A DNA stretch of 64,000 nucleotides, from positions 1-64,000 of the forward strand of contig JAUCBJ010001966.1 of assembly GCA_032718475.1 (NCBI GenBank). The letters run 5' to 3'. Positions 63,741-64,000 of the stretch are shown piece by piece. The notes under the pieces are model-generated. The model made no database searches. It saw nothing but the letters and a program-made list of their open reading frames with translations, and was not told where the DNA came from. Position numbers and translations under genes: made by a program. Position 1 is the stretch's first letter; each line of letters starts with the position of its first letter. Source of the DNA: Nemertoderma westbladi. Lineage: Eukaryota > Animalia > Xenacoelomorpha.

Positions 63741-64000
63741 TTTTCGCTATGGAGAACATTATCATATTTTCCTATTTACATTATAATCATTATATATATA
63801 CAACTTGCTTGCTAATGAGGATGGGTAAATTGGATATAAAGCAGTAGGATATTGCCAGTGGTTAATTTCCCATTATAATATAAATAATTAGATAACTATT
63901 AGGGTCGCCATTCTGGCTGACCACAAAGCAAAAACTTACTATAATTACTATAATTGTAAACGATTTCACCCTACTGGGCAACATGAGACCAACGTTTTAT

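Overview
AT-rich animal (invertebrate-type) nuclear DNA, mostly nested transposable elements plus one host gene. 1-30 kb: a decayed gene for a Rep_trans-like (non-HUH) rolling-circle initiator is split at a TA by a ~3-kb TIR element (2969-22143). That element holds a 16.2-kb non-autonomous BEL/Pao LTR element (4584-20776), which holds an intact, very young Mag-type Gypsy element (11877-16928). The BEL element has no tRNA primer-binding site; the 16 nt after its 5' LTR are instead the exact reverse complement of a segment inside the LTR, suggesting self-priming. A convergent spliced gene ending in a piggyBac-type Cys-rich finger and a 78-bp palindromic satellite follow. 31-63 kb: a + strand gene for a secreted mosaic protein (signal peptide, beta/gamma-crystallin motifs, fibronectin type II, Ca-binding EGF, F-type lectin; continues past the window). 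Its introns contain a CR1/L2-group LINE (with MULE > Merlin nested, and a fold-back palindrome), CRE, RTE and other LINE fragments, SINEs, and a minisatellite made of ~30 copies of one exon's 3' end plus splice donor. All family assignments are by-eye motif recognition; no database searches were run.
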